A DNA stretch of 64,000 nucleotides from an uncultured Candidatus Saccharibacteria bacterium (GCA_964607415.1 CAZSKK010000001.1:68190-132189); one strand, 5' to 3'; counted from the stretch's first letter, positions 1 to 10,353 are shown. The notes: generated by a model from the sequence alone, not told the origin. Translations and numbers: made by a program.

Positions 1-29
1 TGGACTTTCGTTATAGTTAAATAAATTGC

Positions 30-617
30 TTAGTTTTTAAATGCTCTCTGGTGCATTATGATATTTGTAATACTTTTAGGTACTATATCTTCTTCTTGCA
101 CATCTATTGATTTCAAAAAAGTTTTAATCTTTTGCTTTACTTCTTCTGATTCTTCTTGTGTTGCCATAACCTCTACTTCAATACCTAAGCCAAAATCATT
201 AATATCTTCTAAACAAATTTCCATATCATCTAAAACAAACTTTTCTCTGTCCTTATCTAAATCAAAAAAGAATTTATAGCCACTATCTAACATCTCTTGT
301 TTAGCATTTTCAAAATCTTCTCTTGGTTCTTCCTCTTCTTTCCATGAGTTATGATCCCCTTCTGTTGTAATCGTTTTTTTGTTGTAAGAAATGGAAGTAA
401 CTCCATCTTTAATCTCTTTCCTGATTCTTACAGAATAAGAGCCTACTTTATTCATCTCAGCATCTTCAACTTTTTGGCAAGATTTATCACAATAATAAAC
501 ATCATGAATAGATCTAATACCTTTTGAAATAGCTCCAGATTTTATAATCTTCTCTCGAATTGAATTTTTACTTCCACCTTTTATTAAGGCTCTTATTTCT
601 ATTTCCTGATCTTTCAT
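30..617 (-). CDS. CYTH-domain protein (class IV adenylate cyclase / thiamine-triphosphatase-like), tentative
   Basis: N-terminal EIEIRALIK resembles the CYTH EIERKF start; acidic C-terminal half; 195 aa. Confidence 0.35.
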   Translation of the reverse strand: MKDQEIEIRALIKGGSKNSIREKIIKSGAISKGIRSIHDVYYCDKSCQKVEDAEMNKVGSYSVRIRKEIKDGVTSISYNKKTITTEGDHNSWKEEEEPREDFENAKQEMLDSGYKFFFDLDKDREKFVLDDMEICLEDINDFGLGIEVEVMATQEESEEVKQKIKTFLKSIDVQEEDIVPKSITNIIMHQRAFKN

Positions 618-634
618 AGTAACAATGATAATAA

Positions 635-1171
635 TTAAGACTCTTGGAATAGTGGTGATACTTCAATGCCAACTACTTTAGCTCTTAAAGATTCTCCACC
701 TGCTTCATATTTTACTGTCTCTCCACGTTTTGCACCAAGTATAGCTCCACCTAATGGTGTAGCAGTGCTTACTACAATATTTACATCTCTATCGAATCCA
801 TACTTATCAGCCAACAATACAGCATCATTTTGAGTTACCAATGTTACAGTAATCCCCTCACTTGGGGCATATTCATCATCTGGAAGCTTAACTTTTATCT
901 TATGACCTAATGTTACAAAATCAGTTTGTTCAGGTGTTTTCATTACCTCAGTACCATTGAAAGCATCTTTAGCCTCAGAAATTGATCTCATTAAAGTTTT
1001 TTCTTCTCTTTCTAGTTCATATAAAACTGGATCATCCCAAGGATCTCCATCATTTCCAAATTCTCCTTTTTTCATCCTTGTGGTTGCTAATCTTTCCTCT
1101 AACTCTGATATCCTTCTTTTCATTAATTCAAATGATTGAGGCATCATTACGTTTGGTGTCTCTTGAGCCAT
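635..1171 (-). CDS. greA: Transcription elongation factor GreA
   Basis: N-terminal coiled-coil region plus C-terminal FKBP-like domain with SPLGGAILGAKRGETVKYEAGGESLRAKVVGIE. Confidence 0.85.
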   Translation of the reverse strand: MAQETPNVMMPQSFELMKRRISELEERLATTRMKKGEFGNDGDPWDDPVLYELEREEKTLMRSISEAKDAFNGTEVMKTPEQTDFVTLGHKIKVKLPDDEYAPSEGITVTLVTQNDAVLLADKYGFDRDVNIVVSTATPLGGAILGAKRGETVKYEAGGESLRAKVVGIEVSPLFQES

Positions 1172-1199
1172 AAATACATTACATATAAAAAATAAATTG

Positions 1200-1817
1200 T
1201 TATTGAACTTTTTGCTTTAACTCCTGCACCATTTCCCCTTCGTGAACTTTCTCTACAAAGTCAATTAGTTGTGTGTATAGTTCGCTTAATTCACCATCAT
1301 TAACTATAGTAAAATCAGCCATAGCTAAACACTTCGCATTTTCTTGTTGATGTTCATTGCCTTCCTCTCCATTTTCCCTTTTATCACATTCTAAAAATTC
1401 CTCCCATGTTTTAGGATCTGATGGTCTTCCCCTTTGCAAAACTCTTTCAAATCTTTTTCTTTGATCGCTAGTGATTCCTAACACAAATGCAGGTATTTCG
1501 CATGATTTCAATATTTCAATTTCATTTGGATGTCGTACTCCATCAACTAACATCAATTCGTATGTATCATCATTTATTAATCCATCTACAACCATTTGTG
1601 CAAAAACGCCGTTACCCTTTTCATGTCTTAAATTATTCGCATGAATTTGTAAATCTGCTCTAGTCGGCGATTCAATTCCTAGTTGAGATACATATTCTCT
1701 AACTTTACTAGACAACGAGATGTATTTTACATTTTGAATGTCCGTTAGTAAATTAGCAACTGTACTCTTGCCTGCACCAGATGGGCCGACTAAGCAAATA
1801 ATCTTTCTATTACTCAT
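1200..1817 (-). CDS. P-loop nucleoside/nucleotide kinase-like protein
   Basis: Walker A ICLVGPSGAGKST near the N-terminus; 205 aa; start codon overlaps the stop of the upstream RNR gene (translational coupling). Confidence 0.5.
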   Translation of the reverse strand: MSNRKIICLVGPSGAGKSTVANLLTDIQNVKYISLSSKVREYVSQLGIESPTRADLQIHANNLRHEKGNGVFAQMVVDGLINDDTYELMLVDGVRHPNEIEILKSCEIPAFVLGITSDQRKRFERVLQRGRPSDPKTWEEFLECDKRENGEEGNEHQQENAKCLAMADFTIVNDGELSELYTQLIDFVEKVHEGEMVQELKQKVQ

Positions 1818-3562
1818 AATTCTTTAGGTTGATAAGATCTAGAATTGTCTCTGAAAACAGAAATACCTTTGAGACCAAGTTGATAAGCTCGAATCTGTAT
1901 CTCAACAATGTCATCAGGTGTTGAATCGGCAGGTAAATTAACAGTTTTTGAAATAGACTCATCTACAGCCTTTTGAACTTCGGCAACTGTTAATAAATGA
2001 TCCATTGGACTAATTTCTGTCGCCGTAACAAGTATTTTTCTAATATCCTCTGGAAGATCAGAAACATTTACAGCTTTTCCCTCTTTATATAACTGCTCGA
2101 CAACTCTTACATAATCAAGTGAATGTCTTTTCAAGATATCAATTACAACCGGATTAACGCCATATCTATCGGATAATTTAAACAATGGTTCTACACCTGT
2201 AGATGCTCCAATAACCATCCCACTTCTTCCCGTAGGAGGTAACGCTATTGTAGTAACATTTCTTAATTGTCCTGTTCTATAAATCTCATCATCTAAATCT
2301 AACCATTCTTGGGCATCAACACTCTGGGTACTTAGATTTCCGTATCTTTCAGATAGATATCCATTTTTCTGAGCATACTTGCTTCCAATAGATCTAACAG
2401 CAGGTGCTGCTCCTCTTGTTTTTGCAAGGTCAACAGATTCTCTTTTTGTATTAATATTAATGAAATTTACTAAATCTAATAACATTTCTCTAGCTTGTGG
2501 TGTATCGTAAGGTATTCCCATTTTAATTAACAAATCAGCATATCCACATATACCTACACCAACCTTCCTTTTCATAGTCATGATACTTTGACTTTCAAAT
2601 GTTGCGTAATTATCTATACTAATTTCTAAAGCATTATCTAAAGCCCTTAATAGAGTTGAAGATACATCACTAAGCTTTACATAATCTATATGTGCTGTTC
2701 CATCTTCATTGTATTGAATAAAGTTACCTAAATTTATATATCCAAACTGACAAGATTCACCAGGAGCAAGACCTACCTCTGCACACGGAGCTGTACTTAT
2801 ATATGCTCCAGTAAATGGAGTAGGATTATGTGCATTCATTCGATCAAGGAAAACTATACCTGGATCACCACAAGCATGACATGATTCAGCCATTTGCCTA
2901 AAAAGAGTAGGTGCATTGATAACAGTTCCATCTTCAAGTGTAAAATCATTACCATCAATAACTGCTTGCATAAAGTCATCAGAAACATTTACAGAAATAT
3001 TAAATTTCCATTTTTCGCCTCTACTATCTGCTCCTACTTTTACATTTACAAATTCTAAGATCTTAGGATGGGAAACGTGAAGAGTAGCCATGTTTCCTAC
3101 AGGTCTTTGTTCTCTTCCGCTTTCTGCACCATCTACAGCAACAGAATTTAAAAATCTTAAAACAGACACAGGATCAGACAGGTCAGAAAGATCGAAACCT
3201 GTTCCCATTCCATCTTGATGGTATTCGTCAACTATTTCTTTCACCTTTGATAAGTCACCTCTTAAATCCACAGGAGGAACTACACAAGCTGATAGAGGTC
3301 TATCATTAAATCTTCCTGCATTTGTAAGAACTGGTGTACTAAATATTATTGTCTGTTCATCAATATATGCTCCCAGTTTTTGTGCAAACTTTCTTATATC
3401 ATTTTCAGTTGCACCAAATTTGCTTTCTATTCCTGCTACAGTATTCACAACTCTGTCAACCATTTCGTGAGGCATTTCATTTACATCTATAATCAATCCA
3501 GATCTAAGAACGTCTTGCCCTACTTCTGGAGGATAAAATTTTGATTCGTATATATTGCTCAT
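1814..3562 (-). CDS. Ribonucleotide reductase catalytic subunit, likely class II (adenosylcobalamin-dependent)
   Basis: FSTPVLTNAG (cf. SPTLFNAG), LSACVV (cf. LSSCFL), GMGTGFDLS (cf. GGGVGF); active-site-like APCAEVGL and CQFGYINL (cf. NPCGE / CNLGSINL); no adjacent small-subunit gene. Confidence 0.6.
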   Translation of the reverse strand: MSNIYESKFYPPEVGQDVLRSGLIIDVNEMPHEMVDRVVNTVAGIESKFGATENDIRKFAQKLGAYIDEQTIIFSTPVLTNAGRFNDRPLSACVVPPVDLRGDLSKVKEIVDEYHQDGMGTGFDLSDLSDPVSVLRFLNSVAVDGAESGREQRPVGNMATLHVSHPKILEFVNVKVGADSRGEKWKFNISVNVSDDFMQAVIDGNDFTLEDGTVINAPTLFRQMAESCHACGDPGIVFLDRMNAHNPTPFTGAYISTAPCAEVGLAPGESCQFGYINLGNFIQYNEDGTAHIDYVKLSDVSSTLLRALDNALEISIDNYATFESQSIMTMKRKVGVGICGYADLLIKMGIPYDTPQAREMLLDLVNFININTKRESVDLAKTRGAAPAVRSIGSKYAQKNGYLSERYGNLSTQSVDAQEWLDLDDEIYRTGQLRNVTTIALPPTGRSGMVIGASTGVEPLFKLSDRYGVNPVVIDILKRHSLDYVRVVEQLYKEGKAVNVSDLPEDIRKILVTATEISPMDHLLTVAEVQKAVDESISKTVNLPADSTPDDIVEIQIRAYQLGLKGISVFRDNSRSYQPKEL

Positions 3563-3666
3563 TTCTTAAATAAATAAAATATAGTTACTAATTTTTAGCG
3601 TCGGTTCGTATTTATAACACTTATAGATACTTTACGCATTGTGTTGCAATACAAATTTCGCACTTT

Positions 3667-3903
3667 TTATTCAATTTCTATAATTTCTACGTATATCAGT
3701 TGGCCTATTGGATTTTTATAACTTACAATATCCCCTTTACTAAAATTCATCAGGGCTTTACCTAATGGAGATTCGTATGAAATAGCTCCAATTTCAGTAT
3801 TTACCTTTTGAGGTGTGACTATTGATAGTATTCTTATCTTTTCTCCCATTTTTATAGTTACTCTTGATCCAACTTCTACTATTTTCCGTTCTGGATCTGC
3901 CAT
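3667..3903 (-). CDS. Stand-alone GreA/GreB C-terminal (FKBP-like) domain protein
   Basis: 78 aa; SPLGKALMNFSKGDIV matches the GreA C-terminal motif SPLGxALLGkkvGD; no N-terminal coiled coil. Confidence 0.55.
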   Translation of the reverse strand: MADPERKIVEVGSRVTIKMGEKIRILSIVTPQKVNTEIGAISYESPLGKALMNFSKGDIVSYKNPIGQLIYVEIIEIE

Positions 3904-3962
3904 AAATTATTTATTAAAAGTTAAGTAACTATTTAGTATTTTCTTTTACACCGTATTACTAA

Positions 3963-4349
3963 TCAACTAAAGTTATCTTTACTTACCTTAGTAGAGTTAT
4001 CTACTTTTCGCCCTTTTATCTCTTTGTTCATTAGCTTCTTTTCAATGTCATTTCTCCATTTAAATGTTTGTCCGCTATTGTCATTTACATATACAACATA
4101 CTTATCTAGGTAGCTCCTAAGACTTTCAGGTGCATCCTGTGCCTTAAAAATATATGGTTTATATCCTTTAAGTTTAAACTCCCCTTCAGACACATGAACC
4201 AAGTCAGTCCTCCTTGCATTTACTAAGTCTATAAGCTCTGAAGGCATTTTCTTTATTATTGATCTCCAAAAATCAAAGATCACATTATTTCTATTGGTTT
4301 TATAAATATAATGATTTAATTCGTTTTCAGTTACTACTATATAGTTCAT
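3963..4349 (-). CDS. Small protein of unknown function; tandem paralog of 4346..4690 (possible RelE/ParE-like toxin fold, speculative)
   Basis: Aligns with the neighbour along its length (Y.Y..N..N.I..F...I...P.EL...LV.....I.G..FK....A...L...L..Y..V......W...I); EFKLKGYKPYIFKAQDAPESLR is RelE-like; ATGA overlap with the neighbour. Confidence 0.3.
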   Translation of the reverse strand: MNYIVVTENELNHYIYKTNRNNVIFDFWRSIIKKMPSELIDLVNARRTDLVHVSEGEFKLKGYKPYIFKAQDAPESLRSYLDKYVVYVNDNSGQTFKWRNDIEKKLMNKEIKGRKVDNSTKVSKDNFS

Positions 4350-4690
4350 TTTGCAAGACTATAACTATTGATTTGAACCTTAATTTTTGATTTCCAAGCA
4401 ATAATTTCTTCTGTATCTTTCTCAACAACTATTAAATATTGATTCAAAACTTGTAATAAATCCTGACTAGCACCTTTTGTTTTAAATAAAAATACTTCAC
4501 CACCTGTTATATTGATCTTTTCATCTGATTGCACTAGATTTGTAGGTAGCTGTTTAAGTTCTTTTTTTAATTCTATAGGCAGGTCTGAAATTAATTCATT
4601 AAAGAACCGTCTGATCTTATTATCTTTATTAGATCTATATAAATACTCTATATACTCATCTTCCTTTGCGAATATAATCCTTTTATTCAT
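4346..4690 (-). CDS. Small protein of unknown function; tandem paralog of 3963..4349
   Basis: 114 aa; shares conserved positions with the 3963..4349 product; translationally coupled. Confidence 0.3.
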   Translation of the reverse strand: MNKRIIFAKEDEYIEYLYRSNKDNKIRRFFNELISDLPIELKKELKQLPTNLVQSDEKINITGGEVFLFKTKGASQDLLQVLNQYLIVVEKDTEEIIAWKSKIKVQINSYSLAK

Positions 4691-4708
4691 ATTAAAAACT
4701 TATAATTT

Positions 4709-4993
4709 TTAAACTTTAATAACTGCTTTAGTTGCGAAAGCACCAGGATTATCATCAAAGGATATTTCTGGTGTAAATTCTTTATCAAAATTTAATTTGG
4801 ACATAACATGATCTATATAGCCATCTATTTTTAGTTCCCTGACTGTTTTTATAACTTCTTCAGTGTCGTCACCAGACCATACAATTATGAAATGTCCTGC
4901 ATTTTTCAAGATCTTAAGCAAATTCACCATTGTTTTTGTTTCGTCAGGGTTACTTCTAAGTAAAGTACCATTAACATCAAAAGCTATTTTCAT
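4709..4993 (-). CDS. Small HAD-like hydrolase-fold protein, tentative
   Basis: N-terminal AFDVNGTL resembles HAD motif I (DxDGTL); 94 aa, so truncated or minimal. Confidence 0.3.
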   Translation of the reverse strand: MKIAFDVNGTLLRSNPDETKTMVNLLKILKNAGHFIIVWSGDDTEEVIKTVRELKIDGYIDHVMSKLNFDKEFTPEISFDDNPGAFATKAVIKV

Positions 4994-5349
4994 TTTTTAC
5001 GAGTTAAGATATAAACCTCATTTTTAGAATATCCATCTAATTTAATTGAGTGACCAACGTCAAGTGATTTTAGTAAGTGACTTTCCAATAAGATTCCGAT
5101 AGCTGAAGCTAATTTTTCATAGTCTTCTAGAAATTTAATAGATTCCAAAAGCCTTTTTTGTGGATCTAAGCTCAAAATTTGCCTTACTAGACCACGCAAA
5201 TATCGGTTAGTGATTTGTTGCTCATTTGTGTTACCATCATCTATTGACATTTTGCCAGAATTTCTATAAAATAATATACATAAGAAAAGCCAAAGGTATG
5301 AAAATACCCCAAACTTACTTATAGCGAAACAGATTGGTTTAGTCCGCAA
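4990..5349 (-). CDS. Hypothetical membrane-anchored protein
   Basis: Hydrophobic N-terminal segment (FGVFSYLWLFLCILFY); ATGA overlap with the downstream gene. Confidence 0.3.
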   Translation of the reverse strand: MRTKPICFAISKFGVFSYLWLFLCILFYRNSGKMSIDDGNTNEQQITNRYLRGLVRQILSLDPQKRLLESIKFLEDYEKLASAIGILLESHLLKSLDVGHSIKLDGYSKNEVYILTRKK

Positions 5350-5457
5350 AACGATACCAGTCTGTTTTTTTATTTTAACCTATTTGTACGTACGTGTACA
5401 TACATGAAATATTATCATAATATCATATGTATGTCCAGTATTGTTGGCAAATTATCT

Positions 5458-6423
5458 TTAAACCCAGGTAGACTTTATTCGTGGATGCTTATAGCGTAAT
5501 GTAGTTAATGATTGAGAAGAAGTCCACAATAAGTTGCTAATCTCAATTTCGCTGACATTCCATTTCAATTTTCTTTTTAAATATTCAGAAATTTTATGAC
5601 AAATTAAGATTGTAGCCATTCTGATCTCAAGAGTTTCTTCATCAGAATCAAATAAAGTTACTTCATTCTCAATCTTTTCTTGTAAGTTTTTTGAGTATAT
5701 TAACAGTCCATAATGATTTAATACTTGCGGGAGTTTATAGTCAGAACTCGCAGTCAAATTCTGTGTATTTTTAATATTTCCTAACCCCTCGCCTTTAAAC
5801 TGCTCATAGATCAAGGTTATTGCTTCTTGAGATTTTTTAAAGAAATTTAACTCAGTATTTTTATAAAAGTGCACATCTTTAAATATATCAAAAGAGTCTA
5901 CAAGAATATCATTTATTCTCACGGCATCTCTATTTGCTTGTTTAAGGATCTCAAAAAAACTTCCATTAAATTTTATTTGAAGAGTCTCTCCGAATTTTCT
6001 TGCTATTTCATATCTTTCTTCCCAATTTGATATTAAGACGCCATTTTCTCCTTGTATAATTGTTTTAAAATCGGAAGTACTTATCTTAGAGAGATAGTTG
6101 GCTTTGTTAATGGCAAATCCTTTTTCTACTGCAAGTTTTAATGAGTAGAATAAAGCATAAGATCCCCAGAGTTTTTTACCTTTAAATACTCTATACCACT
6201 CAGGACTATCCCAATAGCAGAAGCTAATAGCACTAAACAATGATAGATATATTAATGAATCTTCAGTGGGCGAGTGGTAAATAAAATCTTGATTCCAATT
6301 ATTTTTTTGAGAAAAACTTATACTCTTAACAAAAGATTCAATATTATTCTCGTTTAATTGTACATTTTCAAATAAAGGGTAAAGAGCTTCAATTCTTCTA
6401 AGAAGATTTGTAATAGAACTCAT
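5458..6423 (-). CDS. Hypothetical protein (possibly DUF2419 / queuosine-salvage-like)
   Basis: 321 aa; FCYWDSPEWY segment; weak recollection only. Confidence 0.25.
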   Translation of the reverse strand: MSSITNLLRRIEALYPLFENVQLNENNIESFVKSISFSQKNNWNQDFIYHSPTEDSLIYLSLFSAISFCYWDSPEWYRVFKGKKLWGSYALFYSLKLAVEKGFAINKANYLSKISTSDFKTIIQGENGVLISNWEERYEIARKFGETLQIKFNGSFFEILKQANRDAVRINDILVDSFDIFKDVHFYKNTELNFFKKSQEAITLIYEQFKGEGLGNIKNTQNLTASSDYKLPQVLNHYGLLIYSKNLQEKIENEVTLFDSDEETLEIRMATILICHKISEYLKRKLKWNVSEIEISNLLWTSSQSLTTLRYKHPRIKSTWV

Positions 6424-7094
6424 TTCTCGACATATACTTTAATAACTATTTCTGATTGAGTCTCTTGTACCTCGTAAGTACAGTTTGTATTATCTAAATA
6501 TGAAGTTATCTCCTTTACTTGGAGATTCGGTAGATCTTGGTTATAAATTTTCCTCGAAGGATCATACATTCCTCTTTGTATAGAGCCGTTAACAATATAC
6601 CCATTTGGTAAAGAGTATATACAGACTCCTTTATTCTTTACAACTCTTATACTCTCACTTATTGCCTTTTCAAGATTTACTCCATAAGATTGAAAACTTC
6701 TTAAGCAGCAATATACATCAAAGCATGAATCAGAAAATTCTAGTGAGTTTATATTCATTACCTTAGTGTGAACAAAAGGATATTTTTCATTCAACTTCCG
6801 TAATGCTCTTTTGCTTAAATCTATAGCTGTTATTTCACAACCATGAAAGAATTGCACTTCATAACCATTATTAGCACCACCAATTAATATTCGTATATTT
6901 TGCTTAGGAGTTTCTATAGATTCTATGGTTTTAGCTAGTATTGTATGTAATTCATCATGCGATACAGCTCTTAAATCATCCGAATAATCGTAATCACCGT
7001 ACTTTATATCAAAAGCATTGATAAGCTTATCTTGCTTGGTATCTCCTGGAACAATTTTTATTAATTTCGCTATATCTAATTCCTGCCATTTCAT
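6420..7094 (-). CDS. Class I SAM-dependent methyltransferase-like protein
   Basis: IRILIGGANNGYE (motif I-like glycine-rich loop) followed by an acidic beta2 end, AIDLS. Confidence 0.4.
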   Translation of the reverse strand: MKWQELDIAKLIKIVPGDTKQDKLINAFDIKYGDYDYSDDLRAVSHDELHTILAKTIESIETPKQNIRILIGGANNGYEVQFFHGCEITAIDLSKRALRKLNEKYPFVHTKVMNINSLEFSDSCFDVYCCLRSFQSYGVNLEKAISESIRVVKNKGVCIYSLPNGYIVNGSIQRGMYDPSRKIYNQDLPNLQVKEITSYLDNTNCTYEVQETQSEIVIKVYVEK

Positions 7095-7675
7095 AAACTC
7101 AAAAGTTCTGAAATATTAGTATTATCAGTCATCTCTTTCTGTATTAAATCACGGATGATTTCAGAAGTAGTTTTATTTGTTTTTTGTCCCAGTAAATCAA
7201 GGAAATTCTTCTGAGCAGGACTCAATCTCATATTAAATCTGACTGAGTATTGTAGATTTTCAACAGATTTAAGAAATTCTTCAATATATTCTTCTATTTG
7301 TTTTTCAGTTTTATATTCTTTAGCGTAAAAAACAGGATGTCTTATTTTTCTAGAGTAATCCCATTTTTCAGATAAACAAAGTACTGGCTTATTGTATACT
7401 AAGGCTAACCCACTTTCATGTCCCAATTGAAAAGAATCTGAAGATGCTTCGATTATAACCGCATCAGCTTCTAGCGTTGCCTTTCTAACAAACATATAGT
7501 GTAACTCTTCAGGAGATTTTCCTTTCATTAATTTTTTATCAAGAAAATCACCATAGTCTTGAACTTCTCGACTAATGATATCTACCTTAGATTTCTTTAG
7601 AACTTCAATAATCTTATCGTATGTACTTTGCAATCTTGACTTCTCCCTATAGGAAGAGGTAAAAAATATTTTCAT
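7091..7675 (-). CDS. Hypothetical protein with Rossmann-like N-terminal region (nucleoside 2-deoxyribosyltransferase-like) and a possible C-terminal ribbon-helix-helix
   Basis: AVIIEASSDSFQLGHESGLALVYNKPVLCL pattern; C-terminal RLSPAQKNFLDLLGQ...IIRDLIQKEM. Confidence 0.25.
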   Translation of the reverse strand: MKIFFTSSYREKSRLQSTYDKIIEVLKKSKVDIISREVQDYGDFLDKKLMKGKSPEELHYMFVRKATLEADAVIIEASSDSFQLGHESGLALVYNKPVLCLSEKWDYSRKIRHPVFYAKEYKTEKQIEEYIEEFLKSVENLQYSVRFNMRLSPAQKNFLDLLGQKTNKTTSEIIRDLIQKEMTDNTNISELLSL

Positions 7676-7680
7676 GGAAA

Positions 7681-7717
7681 AAATATAATAAATTTACGCC
7701 TAATTTTACCATAGGCG
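7681..7717 (-). terminator. Rho-independent terminator downstream of the histidine kinase gene
   Basis: Hairpin cgccta-attttacca-taggcg followed (on the minus strand) by an A/T run. Confidence 0.5.
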
Positions 7718-7761
7718 CAGTACAATGCAAGACAAAAGAAGCGATTTGGTCGAATTTTACA

Positions 7762-9465
7762 TTAGCGTATTGGTATTACTGTTTTAGATATTTCATCTTC
7801 AGGTACTTTGTTTAAATTTATTGGTAACACAATAGTAAACGTAGATCCTTTGCCTATTCCTTCACTTTCTATTAGTAAATCTCCGCCATGAAGCTTCATA
7901 ATATTTCTAACAACATACAATCCTAGCCCTGTTCCTCCTGGGCTTGTTAAGTTGGTTGTTTTAGGTTTTAATCGAACAAATTTCTCACCTAATTTCGATA
8001 CGTCTTCTTTGTCAATACCACGTCCATTATCTTTTAGAGCAATGTAAACTTTTGAATTATCCTTATATAGTCTCAATTCAACTATTGACTGCTTTCCCTC
8101 AATGTTAACCCCGTATTTTAGAGCATTTGTAAGTAGTGCATCTATACTTTGCCTAATTCTCGTCTCGTCTGCTTTGATGTTAAAAGCCTTTAACTCGGAA
8201 TCATTAAACTTTAATTCAAAACGTTTTGCATCATCTACTTTTGACATAAACTCTAAACTTTTTCTCGCAAGATCAACCAAATCAAATTCAGATATATTTA
8301 ATTCTATTCTTTTCTTATCAATCCTTGCAGCTTCTAATACGTCATTAAGAACGGCAAATCCTTGAACTAGCAATTCATCAATACTAAAAATATCCGTAAA
8401 TAAGTCATCGACTTCTTTAGGTTCTGCTTTCCCAGCTTTCCAAACATCAATTCTTTTAGCTGCCGTCTCCTTAATATAATTTATAGTTTGCTTTATTATA
8501 GACAATGGAGTCTTAATTTCATGTCCTATTATATCTAGTTGATTTTCCTGTTCCTCAGCTTTCCTCTGTATAAACGCTTTACTTTCTTCCAATTCAGTAT
8601 TTGTCTTAGCTAATTCTTCACGTTGCTTGATTTCATTTAGTATGCTTCGCATTAATATTGTACATAAGCCTACAAAAAATATAAGCATGATGATTTTAAT
8701 TTCCTGAGGGACAATTGTAATAATATCAATGAGTAGTAGAATACTCATTGCACTTATCACGAACGCAGCTAAAGCTACCTTTACATTCAGAAATTGCCTC
8801 GATACCATTGCTATAGCTGTAAACATCAAAAATATTATTGCAGAATAATCTCCATAATGCTGGTACTCAGCAGTATTCAAGAAAGTGGTAGTCAAAATGT
8901 TAAAAATTACATTGAAGACAATAAATAGTATTGTACCTATGAGGAAAAGCTTAATTTTCCGTTTTTCGCTTTCTGATGAGGTTATATATCGCGAAATGAA
9001 ATAATATACGAAAATAATAGAAATTAATCCCGCAAATATGCTGAAAGCAGGATAAATATTCCCAAAATGTATTTCATTTCCCCATTCTCTTTTAATAGCA
9101 CTATCAATAATTGTATTCGTAAAAAGAGATAAAAGTACAAATATTGAACTCACAGTGAATAATCCCCATTTTAAAATAGGTTTTTTAATCTTTAAGAAAC
9201 TTTCAATATAAAAGACATAAGCAGCAAAGAAAAATGCTGCTACAAAAGCTAAATTTAATCTATAAGACAAAATAGATAAATTTAAATTTGATTCTGTATA
9301 ACCTAAGTATGCGAAATCTACCCAACCCATGAGTAGAATTGTCATTACAACGAACCATCTATATAGGTTTTCTTTGAAGGAGTTAGCAAGTACAACAATA
9401 ATTAGAAAAATACTTATTCCATTTATTACTGCTAGTATTAAAGTTTCAAGAGGTAAAACGTTCAT
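7762..9465 (-). CDS. Sensor histidine kinase (polytopic N-terminal sensor, HisKA + HATPase_c)
   Basis: Several N-terminal TM helices; H-box IIGHEIKTPLSII; N/G boxes LKDNGRGIDKEDV ... GGTGLGLYVVRNIMKLHGG. Confidence 0.85.
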   Translation of the reverse strand: MNVLPLETLILAVINGISIFLIIVVLANSFKENLYRWFVVMTILLMGWVDFAYLGYTESNLNLSILSYRLNLAFVAAFFFAAYVFYIESFLKIKKPILKWGLFTVSSIFVLLSLFTNTIIDSAIKREWGNEIHFGNIYPAFSIFAGLISIIFVYYFISRYITSSESEKRKIKLFLIGTILFIVFNVIFNILTTTFLNTAEYQHYGDYSAIIFLMFTAIAMVSRQFLNVKVALAAFVISAMSILLLIDIITIVPQEIKIIMLIFFVGLCTILMRSILNEIKQREELAKTNTELEESKAFIQRKAEEQENQLDIIGHEIKTPLSIIKQTINYIKETAAKRIDVWKAGKAEPKEVDDLFTDIFSIDELLVQGFAVLNDVLEAARIDKKRIELNISEFDLVDLARKSLEFMSKVDDAKRFELKFNDSELKAFNIKADETRIRQSIDALLTNALKYGVNIEGKQSIVELRLYKDNSKVYIALKDNGRGIDKEDVSKLGEKFVRLKPKTTNLTSPGGTGLGLYVVRNIMKLHGGDLLIESEGIGKGSTFTIVLPINLNKVPEDEISKTVIPIR

Positions 9466-9471
9466 GTGATA

Positions 9472-10353
9472 TCAATTCAAAAATATTAACTTACTTATAA
9501 ATACCAGTATCGGCCATAAAATATATTCTCCATCAGCTATTATATACGATAAGTTACGTAATTCCCTTCCTTTTAATTTTAGAGATTGTGTTAAATAGTA
9601 CAATCCATATAGAATAAAGAAAATATATACAAATGCAGATTTTGGTAAAGCATTCATATAAATCCCTAAAACTAATGGAATAAATGTAAATAACTTTAGG
9701 ATGTATAAAAAGTAAACTGTTCTCTTTAAACCCCATACAACAGGAAACGTTTTTAAATTCCTTTGTTTATCACTAACGATATCTTTTATATCAAAAAAAG
9801 TTGAATTAATAAACGCTGTCAGAAAGATAATAATAAAAAAGAAAAAATAAAACGCAGTAAGCTTGGATTGATAAAATAAAGGAACTAAGAAGATTTGTAA
9901 TGCCCAAAAGAAAGCAGAGTAGAAATTTTTTGATCCTGTGACAAATTTAGCAATCTTTGCTTTAAAGTAGTCTGTATAAAGTATTCCGCCTACAACTACA
10001 GAAACCACAAATGTTATTGTGGGGATATTAGTTGTTAAAAGTAAAATTATTAAAGAAATTGTATACACTGCAAGTAAGAATTCAGTAAGACGTTTTCTAT
10101 TATTTATATGTTTTGCCCGTTCTGGATTTGAATCTGCATCGAATCGTAATTCTTTGAAATGATTATAAGAATAAATTACTTGTGAACTTAAATATGGAAT
10201 CAACAGAACAACAATGTTGAAGGGTAGTTCCAAGAGCTGTACTATGGTTAGAATAACACCTAATGCTCCAAATGATAATAAATGCCCTCCATAAACAACC
10301 TCCATTAACAATATTGAGGATTTGTTTGATAAAAAGTTTAGTATTTTTTTCAT
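9472..10353 (-). CDS. UbiA-family prenyltransferase (polytopic membrane protein)
   Basis: Many TM segments; Asp-rich motif DIKDIVSDKQRNLKTFPVVWG (DxxDxxxD ... G); adjacent to a polyprenyl diphosphate synthase. Confidence 0.45.
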   Translation of the reverse strand: MKKILNFLSNKSSILLMEVVYGGHLLSFGALGVILTIVQLLELPFNIVVLLIPYLSSQVIYSYNHFKELRFDADSNPERAKHINNRKRLTEFLLAVYTISLIILLLTTNIPTITFVVSVVVGGILYTDYFKAKIAKFVTGSKNFYSAFFWALQIFLVPLFYQSKLTAFYFFFFIIIFLTAFINSTFFDIKDIVSDKQRNLKTFPVVWGLKRTVYFLYILKLFTFIPLVLGIYMNALPKSAFVYIFFILYGLYYLTQSLKLKGRELRNLSYIIADGEYILWPILVFISKLIFLN

